Part shown: positions 52,028 to 61,363 of the stretch, one piece after another
How positions within the stretch are numbered: the stretch's first letter is position 1
Layout: each line of letters starts with the position of its first letter
NCBI GenBank assembly: GCA_949295005.1
Contig: CASFJL010000001.1
Location: 4,806-68,805, forward strand
Length of the DNA: 64,000 nucleotides
Direction of reading: 5' to 3'
Source: an uncultured Pseudomonadota bacterium
Lineage (GTDB): Bacteria > Pseudomonadota > Alphaproteobacteria > RF32 > CAG-239
The notes under the pieces: generated by a model
The model's input: only the letters and a program-made list of their open reading frames with translations
What the model was told of the DNA's origin: nothing
Databases searched by the model: none
Made by a program: the position numbers and the translations under genes

Positions 52028-53360
52028 ATTTTTTGTTTTTTATTCTTTGTTCTAAATCAGAAATTTTAAGTTTAAGTTGCGCAGAATTAGTTATTTTTTT
52101 TGCTTTTTCCAGTTGTTTTTCCGCAACTTTTGTTTGGTTTATTTTTAAGCTATATTCGGCAGCAGCATATTGAGCATAATCAACTTTGTTTTGCAAAGCA
52201 TAAGTTCTGGACAATAAAATCCAAATTAACGGAATGTCTGATTCAATAACTGCCTGATTAAGATATAAAGCTATGGTATTTAATTCATTAGGGCCAACTT
52301 GTGTTTCCAGTGCGGCTTGAGCATAAGCAATCTTAAATAAAGCAGAATCAGGCTTGAGTTTAAGGGCATTCAAATATTCATTTTTTGCCAGCTGAGGAGA
52401 ACCTGTTTCCATTAAAATTTGAGCTTTTAACTCTCTATAATAAGGATTTTTAGGCGCAAGAGAAATCAACTGATTTAATTTTTGCAAAGAGGCATCTATA
52501 TCCAACTTTTTGAAATAAGCAATAGCGTGAGCGTATAAAGAAGCCTCATCATTATGATTTAACGGATAAATTCTAAAGGTATATTCAGGCGCTGAAAGAA
52601 AAGCTATAAGCTTTGCTTTAACTTTTCCAAACTCATTAACAAGAGCGGCATTTTCAGATTTTTTTTGAGAGAGATGATTTTTTAAGAATGCCAATCTTTC
52701 TTGAGTAACAGGGTGTGTTCTAAAATAAGGAATTTCTTCAATTCCGCTCAATTGATTATTTTTTTGAATTTTTTTCATAAAATCATACAAGCCGTTTGTG
52801 GGTTGATTGAGCTGTGTCAACAAATTAACGGCACTTTCATCTGCACTTCTTTCTTGTTCGGTTCTATATTGAAAATATCTGTTCATCAAAGAAGATTGTC
52901 CGCCCAAGGCAATAGCTGCGGCCACATCACCGTTTCCGCTGGCGGCAGCAGCACCACCGGCGAGTAATAATGAAGCAATATTAACCTTTTGCATTTCTTG
53001 CATAAAAATATGTTGAGAAATAAGATGCCCGCCTAAAATATGTCCGGTTTCATGTGCCAAAACACCTTGAATTTCATTAGGTGTATCCGCGGCAATGATT
53101 GTGCCGGTATGAATAAAAAGAAAATTACCCTCACTGACAAAAGCATTCAAAGAAGGATCATCAACAATAAAAATCTTATTTTTATTATATGGAATTTGTG
53201 CTTTTTTAAAAATAGGTTGTATAATTTTTTGCAGAAAAGATTCCGTTTCTTCATCAGAGATTAAGTTAAGAGCCAAAGCTTGAGGTGAAAATAAAAATAA
53301 AAAAACTAATGGCAGTAAAAACTGACCAATTAGTTTTTTTATTTTAATAAAACACAACAT
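52017..53360 (-). CDS. Periplasmic M48 zinc protease with C-terminal TPR (BepA/YfgC-like).
   Basis: Signal peptide, HETGHILGGH (HExxH), and C-terminal TPR repeats. Confidence 0.8.
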   Translation of the reverse strand: MLCFIKIKKLIGQFLLPLVFLFLFSPQALALNLISDEETESFLQKIIQPIFKKAQIPYNKNKIFIVDDPSLNAFVSEGNFLFIHTGTIIAADTPNEIQGVLAHETGHILGGHLISQHIFMQEMQKVNIASLLLAGGAAAASGNGDVAAAIALGGQSSLMNRYFQYRTEQERSADESAVNLLTQLNQPTNGLYDFMKKIQKNNQLSGIEEIPYFRTHPVTQERLAFLKNHLSQKKSENAALVNEFGKVKAKLIAFLSAPEYTFRIYPLNHNDEASLYAHAIAYFKKLDIDASLQKLNQLISLAPKNPYYRELKAQILMETGSPQLAKNEYLNALKLKPDSALFKIAYAQAALETQVGPNELNTIALYLNQAVIESDIPLIWILLSRTYALQNKVDYAQYAAAEYSLKINQTKVAEKQLEKAKKITNSAQLKLKISDLEQRIKNKKSNL

Positions 53361-53364
53361 GAGA

Positions 53365-56007
53365 CTAGCTTTTAATCAATTTTTTCCACCAAGCCACTTT
53401 TTTTGACTTTGTTTCAGTTTCTTCAGCTTTTGTTTCAGAAGCATTTTGCTCATCATCAACACTATCCTCAACATTTGCATCTTTTTTGCTTTGCTCAAAA
53501 GCATAATCTGGATTATTTCTTCTGCGGTCTCTTCCTCTGCGATTTCTTCTGTCACGACGGTCACGGCGACGTCTCTCTCGACGTGTTAACCCACCATTTT
53601 CATTTTCCTCAGCTTGAGAAGTAAAATCCTCATCGTTTTCAATTATATCCGCATTATCATCTTCAAATTCATCAGCCGGCAGATTATTTTTTTGAGCATC
53701 ATCATTTTGCTGAATAGACTTAACTTTTTCAATTCTATAATCATTAATATTTTTAATTGAATTGTCTGCAGAAATGATAATATTCATATTGTATTTCTGC
53801 TCCAAGTTAAGAAGCGTTTGTCTTTTATGATTGAGAATATGCACGGCAATATTGTCTGGAACAAAGACATTAATTTGAGAAGAGCGGTTTCTGATTCCTT
53901 CTTCTTCAATTCCTCTTAAAACAAAGATAGTGCTTGATTCCAAAGTCCTAATCATACCTTGTCCTTGACAATAAGGGCAAACTTGATAATTGCTTTCCAT
54001 AAAGGAAGAGTGCATTCTTTGTCTTGAAATTTCAAGCAAGCCAAAACAACTCATTTTAGCCACTTGAATACGAGAGCGGTCTTTTTTCAAAGCCTCTTTC
54101 ATTCTTTTTTCTACGGCATGATTATTGGCCGGATCTTCCATATCAATAAAGTCAACCACAACCAAGCCAGCCAAATTTCTTAAACGCAATTGGCGAGCAA
54201 TTTCATCACAGGCTTCCAAGTTTGTTTTGAGAGCTGTTTCTTCCAAATCTTTTTCTTTGGTTGCGCGACCAGAGTTTACATCAATAGAAACCAAAGCCTC
54301 TGTTGGATTAATCACCAAATATCCACCGGATTCGAGCTGAGCCGTAGCCTCGTGCAATTTATCAAGCTGAGCCTCAACCTGAAAGCGTTGGAACAAGGGC
54401 ATATCATCATTGCGATAAAGCTTAATTTTTTTCACATTATGCGGAGAAAGGATTCTAACAAAATTTTTAGCCGTCTGAAAACCTTCTTCTCCGGCAACCA
54501 AAACCTCTGAAATATCTTTGGTATAAATATCTCTTAAGGCTCTTTTAATTAAATTTCCTTCTTCATGAATCATGCAAGGAGCTTTATTTTTGAGAGCGGC
54601 CAAGCGAATAAGATTCCAACTTCTAATAAGATAATTATAATCTCTGACAATATCCGCTTTGGTTTTTTCTTCACCGGCGGTTCTGACAATCAAGGACATA
54701 TCTGTTGTTAAAGGCAGTTCTTTAACAATGGCTTTCAAGCGTTTTCTGTCAGACACATTGGTAATTTTTCTTGAGACACCGCCGCTTTTAATACGATTAG
54801 GCATCAAAACGCAATAACGACCGGCTAAAGAAAGATAGGTGGTTAAAGCAGCACCTTTGTTTCCGCGTTCTTCCTTCACAACCTGAATAAGTAAAATTTG
54901 TCCTTCTTTAATCACATCTTGAATTTTACTGCTATGATACAATTTTCTGGCACGAAGGAGCTTTCTTTGTAATTCAAAATCAATTTCTAATTCATCATCA
55001 TCGTCATCATCATCTTGTTCATTTTCAAAATCATCATTATCATCTTGGCAAAAAGAAGATGTGCTATTTTTGATGTTATAAGTGTTTTGCTCATTTTCAG
55101 CTTCAGTATCGGCAGCGTCATCATCTTGAACTTTGTCTTCTTGCAGAACACTTTCTTCTGCCAAAACTTTAAGCTCTTCTTTCTTTTTGCGGATTCTTTT
55201 TTTTGCGGCGCGTTTTTTCAAGGGATGTTTTTTTCCTGCTTCTTCAACTTCGGCAGCAATTTCTTCATCCGTAATTTTTTCTTCAGCTTCTTCCAATTTT
55301 TGAGCTGGTGTTTTTTTGCGGCGTGTTTTCTTTTCTGTTTTTGCAGGCAAAGGTTGTTCAACGGCTTCTTGTTGACTTAGCGTTGTTTCAGAAGCTAAAG
55401 TATTTTCTTCTGTGTGAGCATCAACCAAAACATTCCCTGTGTCAGATTCTTTTTGTTCAACATCTTCACATAAAGTCTGATTTTCAGATATTTGAGGTTC
55501 ATCAGCAGATTCTTGAGTGGTAATATCTGCTTGTGCATCAGCAGAAGAAGTGCTTTGTTCAGATTGAAGAGATTTTTCTTCTTCCAAAGCCTGAGCTTTG
55601 GCAAGTTCTTCAGCTTTGGCTTGTTCTTCTAATTTTTTTGCATAAGCTGCGGCTTTTTCTGCTCTGATACGTTCTCTTTCAGCTTCTCTATCTTTGAGAG
55701 CTTGTTTTTTTGCTTCAATAATTTCGTTAACTTCTTTGTCAATGGCATCAATTTGTTCTTGAGGAAGATTATAATAATCGGGATGGATTTCTCCAAAGGC
55801 AAGAAAACCATGCTTATTTCCGCCATAATCAACAAAGCAAGCCTGCAAAGAAGGTTCCACCCTCATAACTTTTGCCAGATAAATATTTCCTTTGATTTGT
55901 TTTCTATGGCAAGTTTCAAATTCAGCTTCTTCAAGCTTGTTACCATCAATAACAACAACTCTTGTTTCTTCTTCCTGAGTGCTGTCAATCAGCATTCTTT
56001 TAACCAT
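53365..56007 (-). CDS. rne: Ribonuclease E.
   Basis: N-terminal S1 / DNase-I-like catalytic region (MKRMLIDSTQEEETRVVVI...), zinc link CPYCQGQG, and C-terminal Arg/acidic scaffold. Confidence 0.92.
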   Translation of the reverse strand: MVKRMLIDSTQEEETRVVVIDGNKLEEAEFETCHRKQIKGNIYLAKVMRVEPSLQACFVDYGGNKHGFLAFGEIHPDYYNLPQEQIDAIDKEVNEIIEAKKQALKDREAERERIRAEKAAAYAKKLEEQAKAEELAKAQALEEEKSLQSEQSTSSADAQADITTQESADEPQISENQTLCEDVEQKESDTGNVLVDAHTEENTLASETTLSQQEAVEQPLPAKTEKKTRRKKTPAQKLEEAEEKITDEEIAAEVEEAGKKHPLKKRAAKKRIRKKKEELKVLAEESVLQEDKVQDDDAADTEAENEQNTYNIKNSTSSFCQDDNDDFENEQDDDDDDDELEIDFELQRKLLRARKLYHSSKIQDVIKEGQILLIQVVKEERGNKGAALTTYLSLAGRYCVLMPNRIKSGGVSRKITNVSDRKRLKAIVKELPLTTDMSLIVRTAGEEKTKADIVRDYNYLIRSWNLIRLAALKNKAPCMIHEEGNLIKRALRDIYTKDISEVLVAGEEGFQTAKNFVRILSPHNVKKIKLYRNDDMPLFQRFQVEAQLDKLHEATAQLESGGYLVINPTEALVSIDVNSGRATKEKDLEETALKTNLEACDEIARQLRLRNLAGLVVVDFIDMEDPANNHAVEKRMKEALKKDRSRIQVAKMSCFGLLEISRQRMHSSFMESNYQVCPYCQGQGMIRTLESSTIFVLRGIEEEGIRNRSSQINVFVPDNIAVHILNHKRQTLLNLEQKYNMNIIISADNSIKNINDYRIEKVKSIQQNDDAQKNNLPADEFEDDNADIIENDEDFTSQAEENENGGLTRRERRRRDRRDRRNRRGRDRRRNNPDYAFEQSKKDANVEDSVDDEQNASETKAEETETKSKKVAWWKKLIKS

Positions 56008-56414
56008 AATATAATAACTCCAACCGATTGCCTAAAGGCAAAAAATTATACCTCACCGGAAAGAGTCCGCGAAGATTTTTCATCTGGCGTCAAAACACCA
56101 AGAGGGAAACCCCAATAAAAAATAATCTTTATATGCAAGACCAAACTCTCAAATGCTTTTCTCTAAACAGCCTTGCAAAAGGAAACCATCCGGTCAAAAC
56201 TTTTCATTTATTTGTGATGAATATGAATATATAAGTAAGCCTCTTTAATTTTTATTTTTTTGCTTTGGGCGATGTCATTTTCACATTCAACAAATTTAAG
56301 ATATACAAATTCTTTTAAAACACAACATAATTTATTTAGTTCTTGCGATATTTTTTTTAAGAGATTAGTAATAAGTAGCCGTTATACTAAAAAGATAAGA
56401 GGAAAAGTGCAAAA
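56008..56414. promoter_or_regulatory. A 407-bp divergent intergenic region carrying the long rne 5' leader and the amiC promoter.
   Basis: No ORF with a start context is present. Its position and length are consistent with the autoregulatory rne 5' UTR known in Proteobacteria. Confidence 0.4.
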
Positions 56415-57665
56415 ATGGAAACAAACAAAATAAATAAACGAGCAAATATTTATTGCCGAATGTTTTTGGCAATATGCTTTGTTGTGTTTTTTTGTTTTGG
56501 TTTTGTAAAGCCTTTATCTGCCAATATAAATTCTATGAGAATAGGGCAAGGGGTAGGAAGTGTTCGCTTGGTGTTTGACGCCTCTTCAAAGTTTGATTAT
56601 AAAGTTTTTTTATTAAGTGATCCAAAGCGTTTAATAATTGATACTCAAAATGTGAAGGTTAACCCCAAAATAGTCAATCAGCTCGGACAAAATGCTTTTT
56701 TGAGCAACCCGCGTTTGGGTACGGTTGGTGTTGATGATGTTAGAATAGCGTTTAATTTAAAAAAGCCGGCAATTATCAAAAAAGCATTTTTATTGGCGCC
56801 GCAAAGTAGTTTTGGTTGGCGCTTTGTTATTGATTTGGAATTGGTTTCAGAAAGAGAGTTTGCATCAAGATTGGGCAGTTCTCACGCATTGACAAATGAT
56901 AATTATAAAGAGAGCAAAGTTGCGGAAAAAGCATCTAAAAACAAGCAATACATCAAAGAAAATGATAATCAGAAAAAAATAATTGTTCTAGACCCCGGAC
57001 ACGGAGGTCATGACCCCGGAGCAATAGGATATTCTGGCGTTTATGAAAAAAACATCACTCTCGCAATGAGCAAAGAGCTAAAAGCACTTTTGGATAAGAC
57101 CGGAAAATATAAGGTTTATTTAACTCGTAGCACAGATAAATTTATTCCGTTAAGAGACAGAATAAAAATTGCGCGCAAATATAATGCCGACTTGTTTATG
57201 TCAATTCATGCAGATAGTGCCAAAAACAGAAGCGCAAAAGGTTTGTCCGTGTACACATTGTCTGAAACCGCATCAGATAAGGAAGCAGCCGCTTTGGCAG
57301 AAAGAGAAAACAAAGCGGATGTTATTTCCGGTTTGGATTTGGGACAACATTCAAAAGAAGTATCCGATGTGTTAATTAACTTAGCGCAAAGAGAAACCAT
57401 GAACCGTTCTTCCGAATTTGCCGGTTTTATGGTTCAGGAAATGAAGAAGAAAGTAAAATTAGTTTCAAACACACACCGTTTTGCCGGATTTGCCGTCTTA
57501 AAAGGTCCGGATATTCCGGCAGTTTTGCTTGAAATCGGATATCTATCTAACAGGCAGGAAGAAAAACAGTTGCAACAAAAATCTTATCGCAAAAAGTTAG
57601 GAGAGGCAACTGTTAAAGCTATTGATAGATATTTTGATAATATGCAGCATGCCTCTGTTTTCTAA
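56415..57665 (+). CDS. amiC: N-acetylmuramoyl-L-alanine amidase (AmiC-like) with an N-terminal AMIN domain.
   Basis: VLDPGHGGHDPGAIG is the Amidase_3 signature. An N-terminal signal/TM and AMIN-like region are present. Confidence 0.85.
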   Translation: METNKINKRANIYCRMFLAICFVVFFCFGFVKPLSANINSMRIGQGVGSVRLVFDASSKFDYKVFLLSDPKRLIIDTQNVKVNPKIVNQLGQNAFLSNPRLGTVGVDDVRIAFNLKKPAIIKKAFLLAPQSSFGWRFVIDLELVSEREFASRLGSSHALTNDNYKESKVAEKASKNKQYIKENDNQKKIIVLDPGHGGHDPGAIGYSGVYEKNITLAMSKELKALLDKTGKYKVYLTRSTDKFIPLRDRIKIARKYNADLFMSIHADSAKNRSAKGLSVYTLSETASDKEAAALAERENKADVISGLDLGQHSKEVSDVLINLAQRETMNRSSEFAGFMVQEMKKKVKLVSNTHRFAGFAVLKGPDIPAVLLEIGYLSNRQEEKQLQQKSYRKKLGEATVKAIDRYFDNMQHASVF

Positions 57666-57780
57666 AATTCAAGGCTTTGTATAAGTTGCAAATTTTTTTT
57701 TGCTTTTTATATAAAATGTTTTATAAATTCAAAACATACGTATAGACAATCATTTATCTTATAAATATAAAAGGGGTCAA

Positions 57781-60252
57781 ATGCTCAAAACTCTCTCGTC
57801 TTTAATCAGTGCGTGTTTTTTCTTTGCGGTTATTGCATTTGTTTTAATCATTAGCTCATTATGGGAATATGCGGAGCAACTGCCGGATTATCATCAGTTA
57901 GCAAAATATGAGCCGGCCGTTACCACGCGTTTATATGCCGGAAACGGACAATTGCTCAAAGAATATGCCAGTGAAAAGCGTCTTTTTGTTCCTGTAAGCA
58001 AAATGCCCGAAAGGTTAAAACAGGCATTTATATCAGCAGAAGATAAAAATTTTTATCATCACTCAGGCGTAGATATATTTGGTATAATCAGAGCAATCAT
58101 AAGCAATATTCAAAATATTGGTTCAGGAAGACGTCCGGCAGGAGCCTCTACAATCACGCAACAAGTAGCTAAAAACTTTTTGCTATCTTCAGAGCTGTCT
58201 TATACCAGAAAAATAAAAGAAGCAATTTTGGCAATGCGTATGGAACAAGCATTTACCAAAGAACATATTTTAGAATTATATTTAAATGAAATATATTTAG
58301 GTAACCGTTCATACGGTGTTGCTGCAGCGGCATTAAATTATTTTGGTAAACCGTTGGATGAATTGGAAATTGAAGAAATGGCATATTTGGCAGCATTGCC
58401 CAAAGGTCCAAATAATTATCATCCGATTAAAAAGTATGATGCGGCTGTTGCGCGCCGAAATTGGGTCATTGACAGAATGTTTGAAGAAGGCTACATCACG
58501 GAAGAAGAGGCCGAAATTGCTAAAAGCAAACCGCTTAAAACAATTAACAGAAACAAACAGTTTATTGATGATGCGGAATATTTCAGCGAAGAAGTTCGCC
58601 GAGAGGTGAGTGAAAAATTTGGCAAAGAAGCATTGTATGAGGGTGGTTTAATTATCAGAACGACCGTTGACCCCAAGTTGCAAAAAATTGCGACCAAAGT
58701 CTTTCGTCAAGGAATTGAAGAATATGATATAAAGCATGGTTATCGAGGTGCTTTGAAAAATATTGATATCAATGCAGATTATATGGAAGAATTGCAAAAG
58801 ATTGATATGCCCAAAGGTGCTAAAGAAAATTGGCAGTTGGCCATAGTGTTGTCTTCAGATGTTAATAAAGCCATTATTAAAACGCAAGACGGCAAAGAAG
58901 GAGAAATTCCCTTATCTTTAGTTAAATGGGCAAGAAAGACCTTGAAAAATCAAGGAATTACAGATGAGCCAAACTCTGTTGCAAAGGTGTTGCAAGCCGG
59001 GGATGTTGTTTTGGTTGAAGCTGTTTCAGAGCAAAAGCAAAAATCCAATAATTTGGGTGAGAATAGTTATTATTTAAGACAAATTCCCAATGTTGAAGGC
59101 GCATTGGTTGCTCTTGCCCCACATACCGGAAAAGTTTTGGCAGCCGTTGGTGGGTATGATTTTGAGAAGTCTCAATATAACCGAGCCACACAAGCCTATC
59201 GTCAGACAGGTTCTGCATTTAAGCCAATAGTTTATTTAGCCGCGCTTGAAAATGGTTATTCACCGAATGATTTGATTTTGGATGCACCGTTTATTTTAGA
59301 TCAAGGTCCCGGAAAGCCCAAATGGAAACCGGATAATTATTCCAAAAAGTTTTATGGTTTGATGACTTTGCGTCAAGGAATAGAAAAGTCCAAAAATTTG
59401 ATGACGGTTCGCTTGGCTCAAGATTTAGGAATGGATAAAGTTTCTGAATATGCAAAAAAACTAGGCGTTAATGATAATTTACCGCATTTATTATCCATGT
59501 CATTGGGGGCGGGAGAGACCAGAGTGATTGATTTGGCCAAAGCCTATGCCGTTATAGTCAATGGCGGAAAAAACATTCAACCTTATTTTATTGAACAAAT
59601 TCAAGACAGATACGGAAGAGATATCTTAAAACAAGATAAAAGAGCATGTTTGGATTGTAATGTTGATGCATGGGGAGAAGGCAAAGAAATTCCGCAATTG
59701 GAAGATGTGAGAGAGCAGATTGTTGATCCCTTGAGCGCATATCAAATGACCAGCATTTTAGAAGGCGTTGCCGTAAGAGGTACCGGAGCCAGATTAAGAT
59801 CAATCAAACATCATTTAGGCGGCAAAACCGGAACATCTAACGATTCGCAAGATGCATGGTTTGTTGGTTTTTCTCCAGACTTGGTTGTAGCGGTATATAT
59901 TGGCTTTGATTCACCGAGAACTTTGGGTCGATATGAGACAGGAGCATCAGCAGCATTGCCGATATTTAAGAATTTTATGGAAGAGGCACTGAAAAATCAG
60001 CCGGATATTCCGTTTAGAATTCCTACCGGAATCAAGCTTGTCCGCATTAATTATGATACGGGAAGACCTGCAACACCGCAAGATACAACAGTGATTATAG
60101 AAGCACTTAAACCGGATTATTCTTTTGATCAACAAAAACAAAGAGTAATCAATGGTCAATCCGCCGGTGAAGATGATGCACAAACACCCCCGCAAGATGA
60201 TGCTTATCAGACAAGCGAAGATAGTGATTTTATGATGGGAACAGAATATTAA
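57781..60252 (+). CDS. mrcA: Penicillin-binding protein 1A (bifunctional transglycosylase/transpeptidase).
   Basis: GT51 motifs EDKNFYHHSGVD and RRPAGASTITQQ, plus transpeptidase SxxK (GSAFKP), SxN and KTG(T). Confidence 0.92.
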   Translation: MLKTLSSLISACFFFAVIAFVLIISSLWEYAEQLPDYHQLAKYEPAVTTRLYAGNGQLLKEYASEKRLFVPVSKMPERLKQAFISAEDKNFYHHSGVDIFGIIRAIISNIQNIGSGRRPAGASTITQQVAKNFLLSSELSYTRKIKEAILAMRMEQAFTKEHILELYLNEIYLGNRSYGVAAAALNYFGKPLDELEIEEMAYLAALPKGPNNYHPIKKYDAAVARRNWVIDRMFEEGYITEEEAEIAKSKPLKTINRNKQFIDDAEYFSEEVRREVSEKFGKEALYEGGLIIRTTVDPKLQKIATKVFRQGIEEYDIKHGYRGALKNIDINADYMEELQKIDMPKGAKENWQLAIVLSSDVNKAIIKTQDGKEGEIPLSLVKWARKTLKNQGITDEPNSVAKVLQAGDVVLVEAVSEQKQKSNNLGENSYYLRQIPNVEGALVALAPHTGKVLAAVGGYDFEKSQYNRATQAYRQTGSAFKPIVYLAALENGYSPNDLILDAPFILDQGPGKPKWKPDNYSKKFYGLMTLRQGIEKSKNLMTVRLAQDLGMDKVSEYAKKLGVNDNLPHLLSMSLGAGETRVIDLAKAYAVIVNGGKNIQPYFIEQIQDRYGRDILKQDKRACLDCNVDAWGEGKEIPQLEDVREQIVDPLSAYQMTSILEGVAVRGTGARLRSIKHHLGGKTGTSNDSQDAWFVGFSPDLVVAVYIGFDSPRTLGRYETGASAALPIFKNFMEEALKNQPDIPFRIPTGIKLVRINYDTGRPATPQDTTVIIEALKPDYSFDQQKQRVINGQSAGEDDAQTPPQDDAYQTSEDSDFMMGTEY

Positions 60253-60262
60253 GGATAAAAAA

Positions 60263-61361
60263 ATGAGAGCAGAAATACTCACACTTATAGATGAAATAAA
60301 GCAATCTTTAGAATTGCTGAGGAGGTCTCTTTGACTATGATAACTCTGTATTAAGATTGGAAGAGTTAAACGCATTGTCATCAGATGCCAATTTGTGGAA
60401 TGATCCGCAAAAAGCACAAAAATTAATGACAGAAAAGACCAATTTGGAAGATGGTTTGCACCATTATCAAGAAATGGAAAAAAATTGGCAAGAGAGCAAA
60501 GATTTGGCAGAACTTGCTGATATGGAAAATGACGAGGCCTTGCTTGATGATGTTGAAGCGCAATTAACAAAGCTCAAAGAACAAACCAAAAGAGGAGAGC
60601 TGGAAGCCCTTTTGTCAGGAGAAGTGGATAAAAATGATACTTTTTTAGAAATTCACTCAGGCAGCGGCGGAACAGAAGCTCAAGACTGGGCAGAAATGTT
60701 GCTTAGAATGTATACTCGTTGGGCAGAAGCACACAAATATAAGGTTGAATATATTGAAGAAGAAGAGGGCGATGTTGCCGGCTTAAAATCTGTAACCATC
60801 AAAATCATTGGGCATAATGCCTATGGATGGCTCAAGTCAGAAACAGGTGTGCACCGCTTGGTGAGAATATCTCCGTTTGACAGTGGTGCCAGAAGACACA
60901 CGAGTTTTGCTTCTGTTGGCGTATATCCGGTGATTGATGATACAATTAATATAGAGGTAAATGAGGCAGATTGTCGCATAGATACATATAGAGCTTCGGG
61001 AGCCGGCGGACAACACATTAACAAAACAGATTCTGCGGTAAGAATAACGCATATACCAACCGGAATAGTTGTTCAGTGCCAAACGCAAAGATCTCAGTTC
61101 CAAAACAAAGAAGCAGCATGGAATATGCTCAAAGCCAGATTATATGAGATTGAATTAAAAAAACGCGAAGCAAAAGCAGAAGAAATGAGAGAAAACCAAG
61201 GCGACAACGGTTGGGGATATCAGATTCGTTCATATGTTTTGCAACCATATAAATTGGTTAAAGATTTAAGAACGCAAGTAGAAACTTCAGACACCAAAGC
61301 CGTTTTGGACGGAGACATAGATTTGTTTTTGGCCGCATCATTGGCAGCAAAGGTCGGATAA
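60263..61361 (+). CDS. prfB: Peptide chain release factor 2, with a programmed +1 ribosomal frameshift at 60332.
   Basis: The frame-0 [26 protein letters not shown] ends at in-frame TGA within AGGAGG TCT CTT TGA C. The +1 frame continues [12 protein letters not shown]... and has SPxxGGQ-class motifs ([19 protein letters not shown]). Confidence 0.9.
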
Positions 61362-61363
61362 AA

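Noticed and set aside
54960-55060. Poly-Asp-encoding gat/gac run in rne considered as a simple-sequence repeat element.
   Set aside because: It is in-frame coding low complexity within a conserved gene (acidic insert of RNase E), not a separate repeat feature.
53376-55835. Small ORFs on both strands within rne.
   Set aside because: They lie within or antisense to the RNase E coding sequence and are driven by GA/TC-rich low-complexity DNA.
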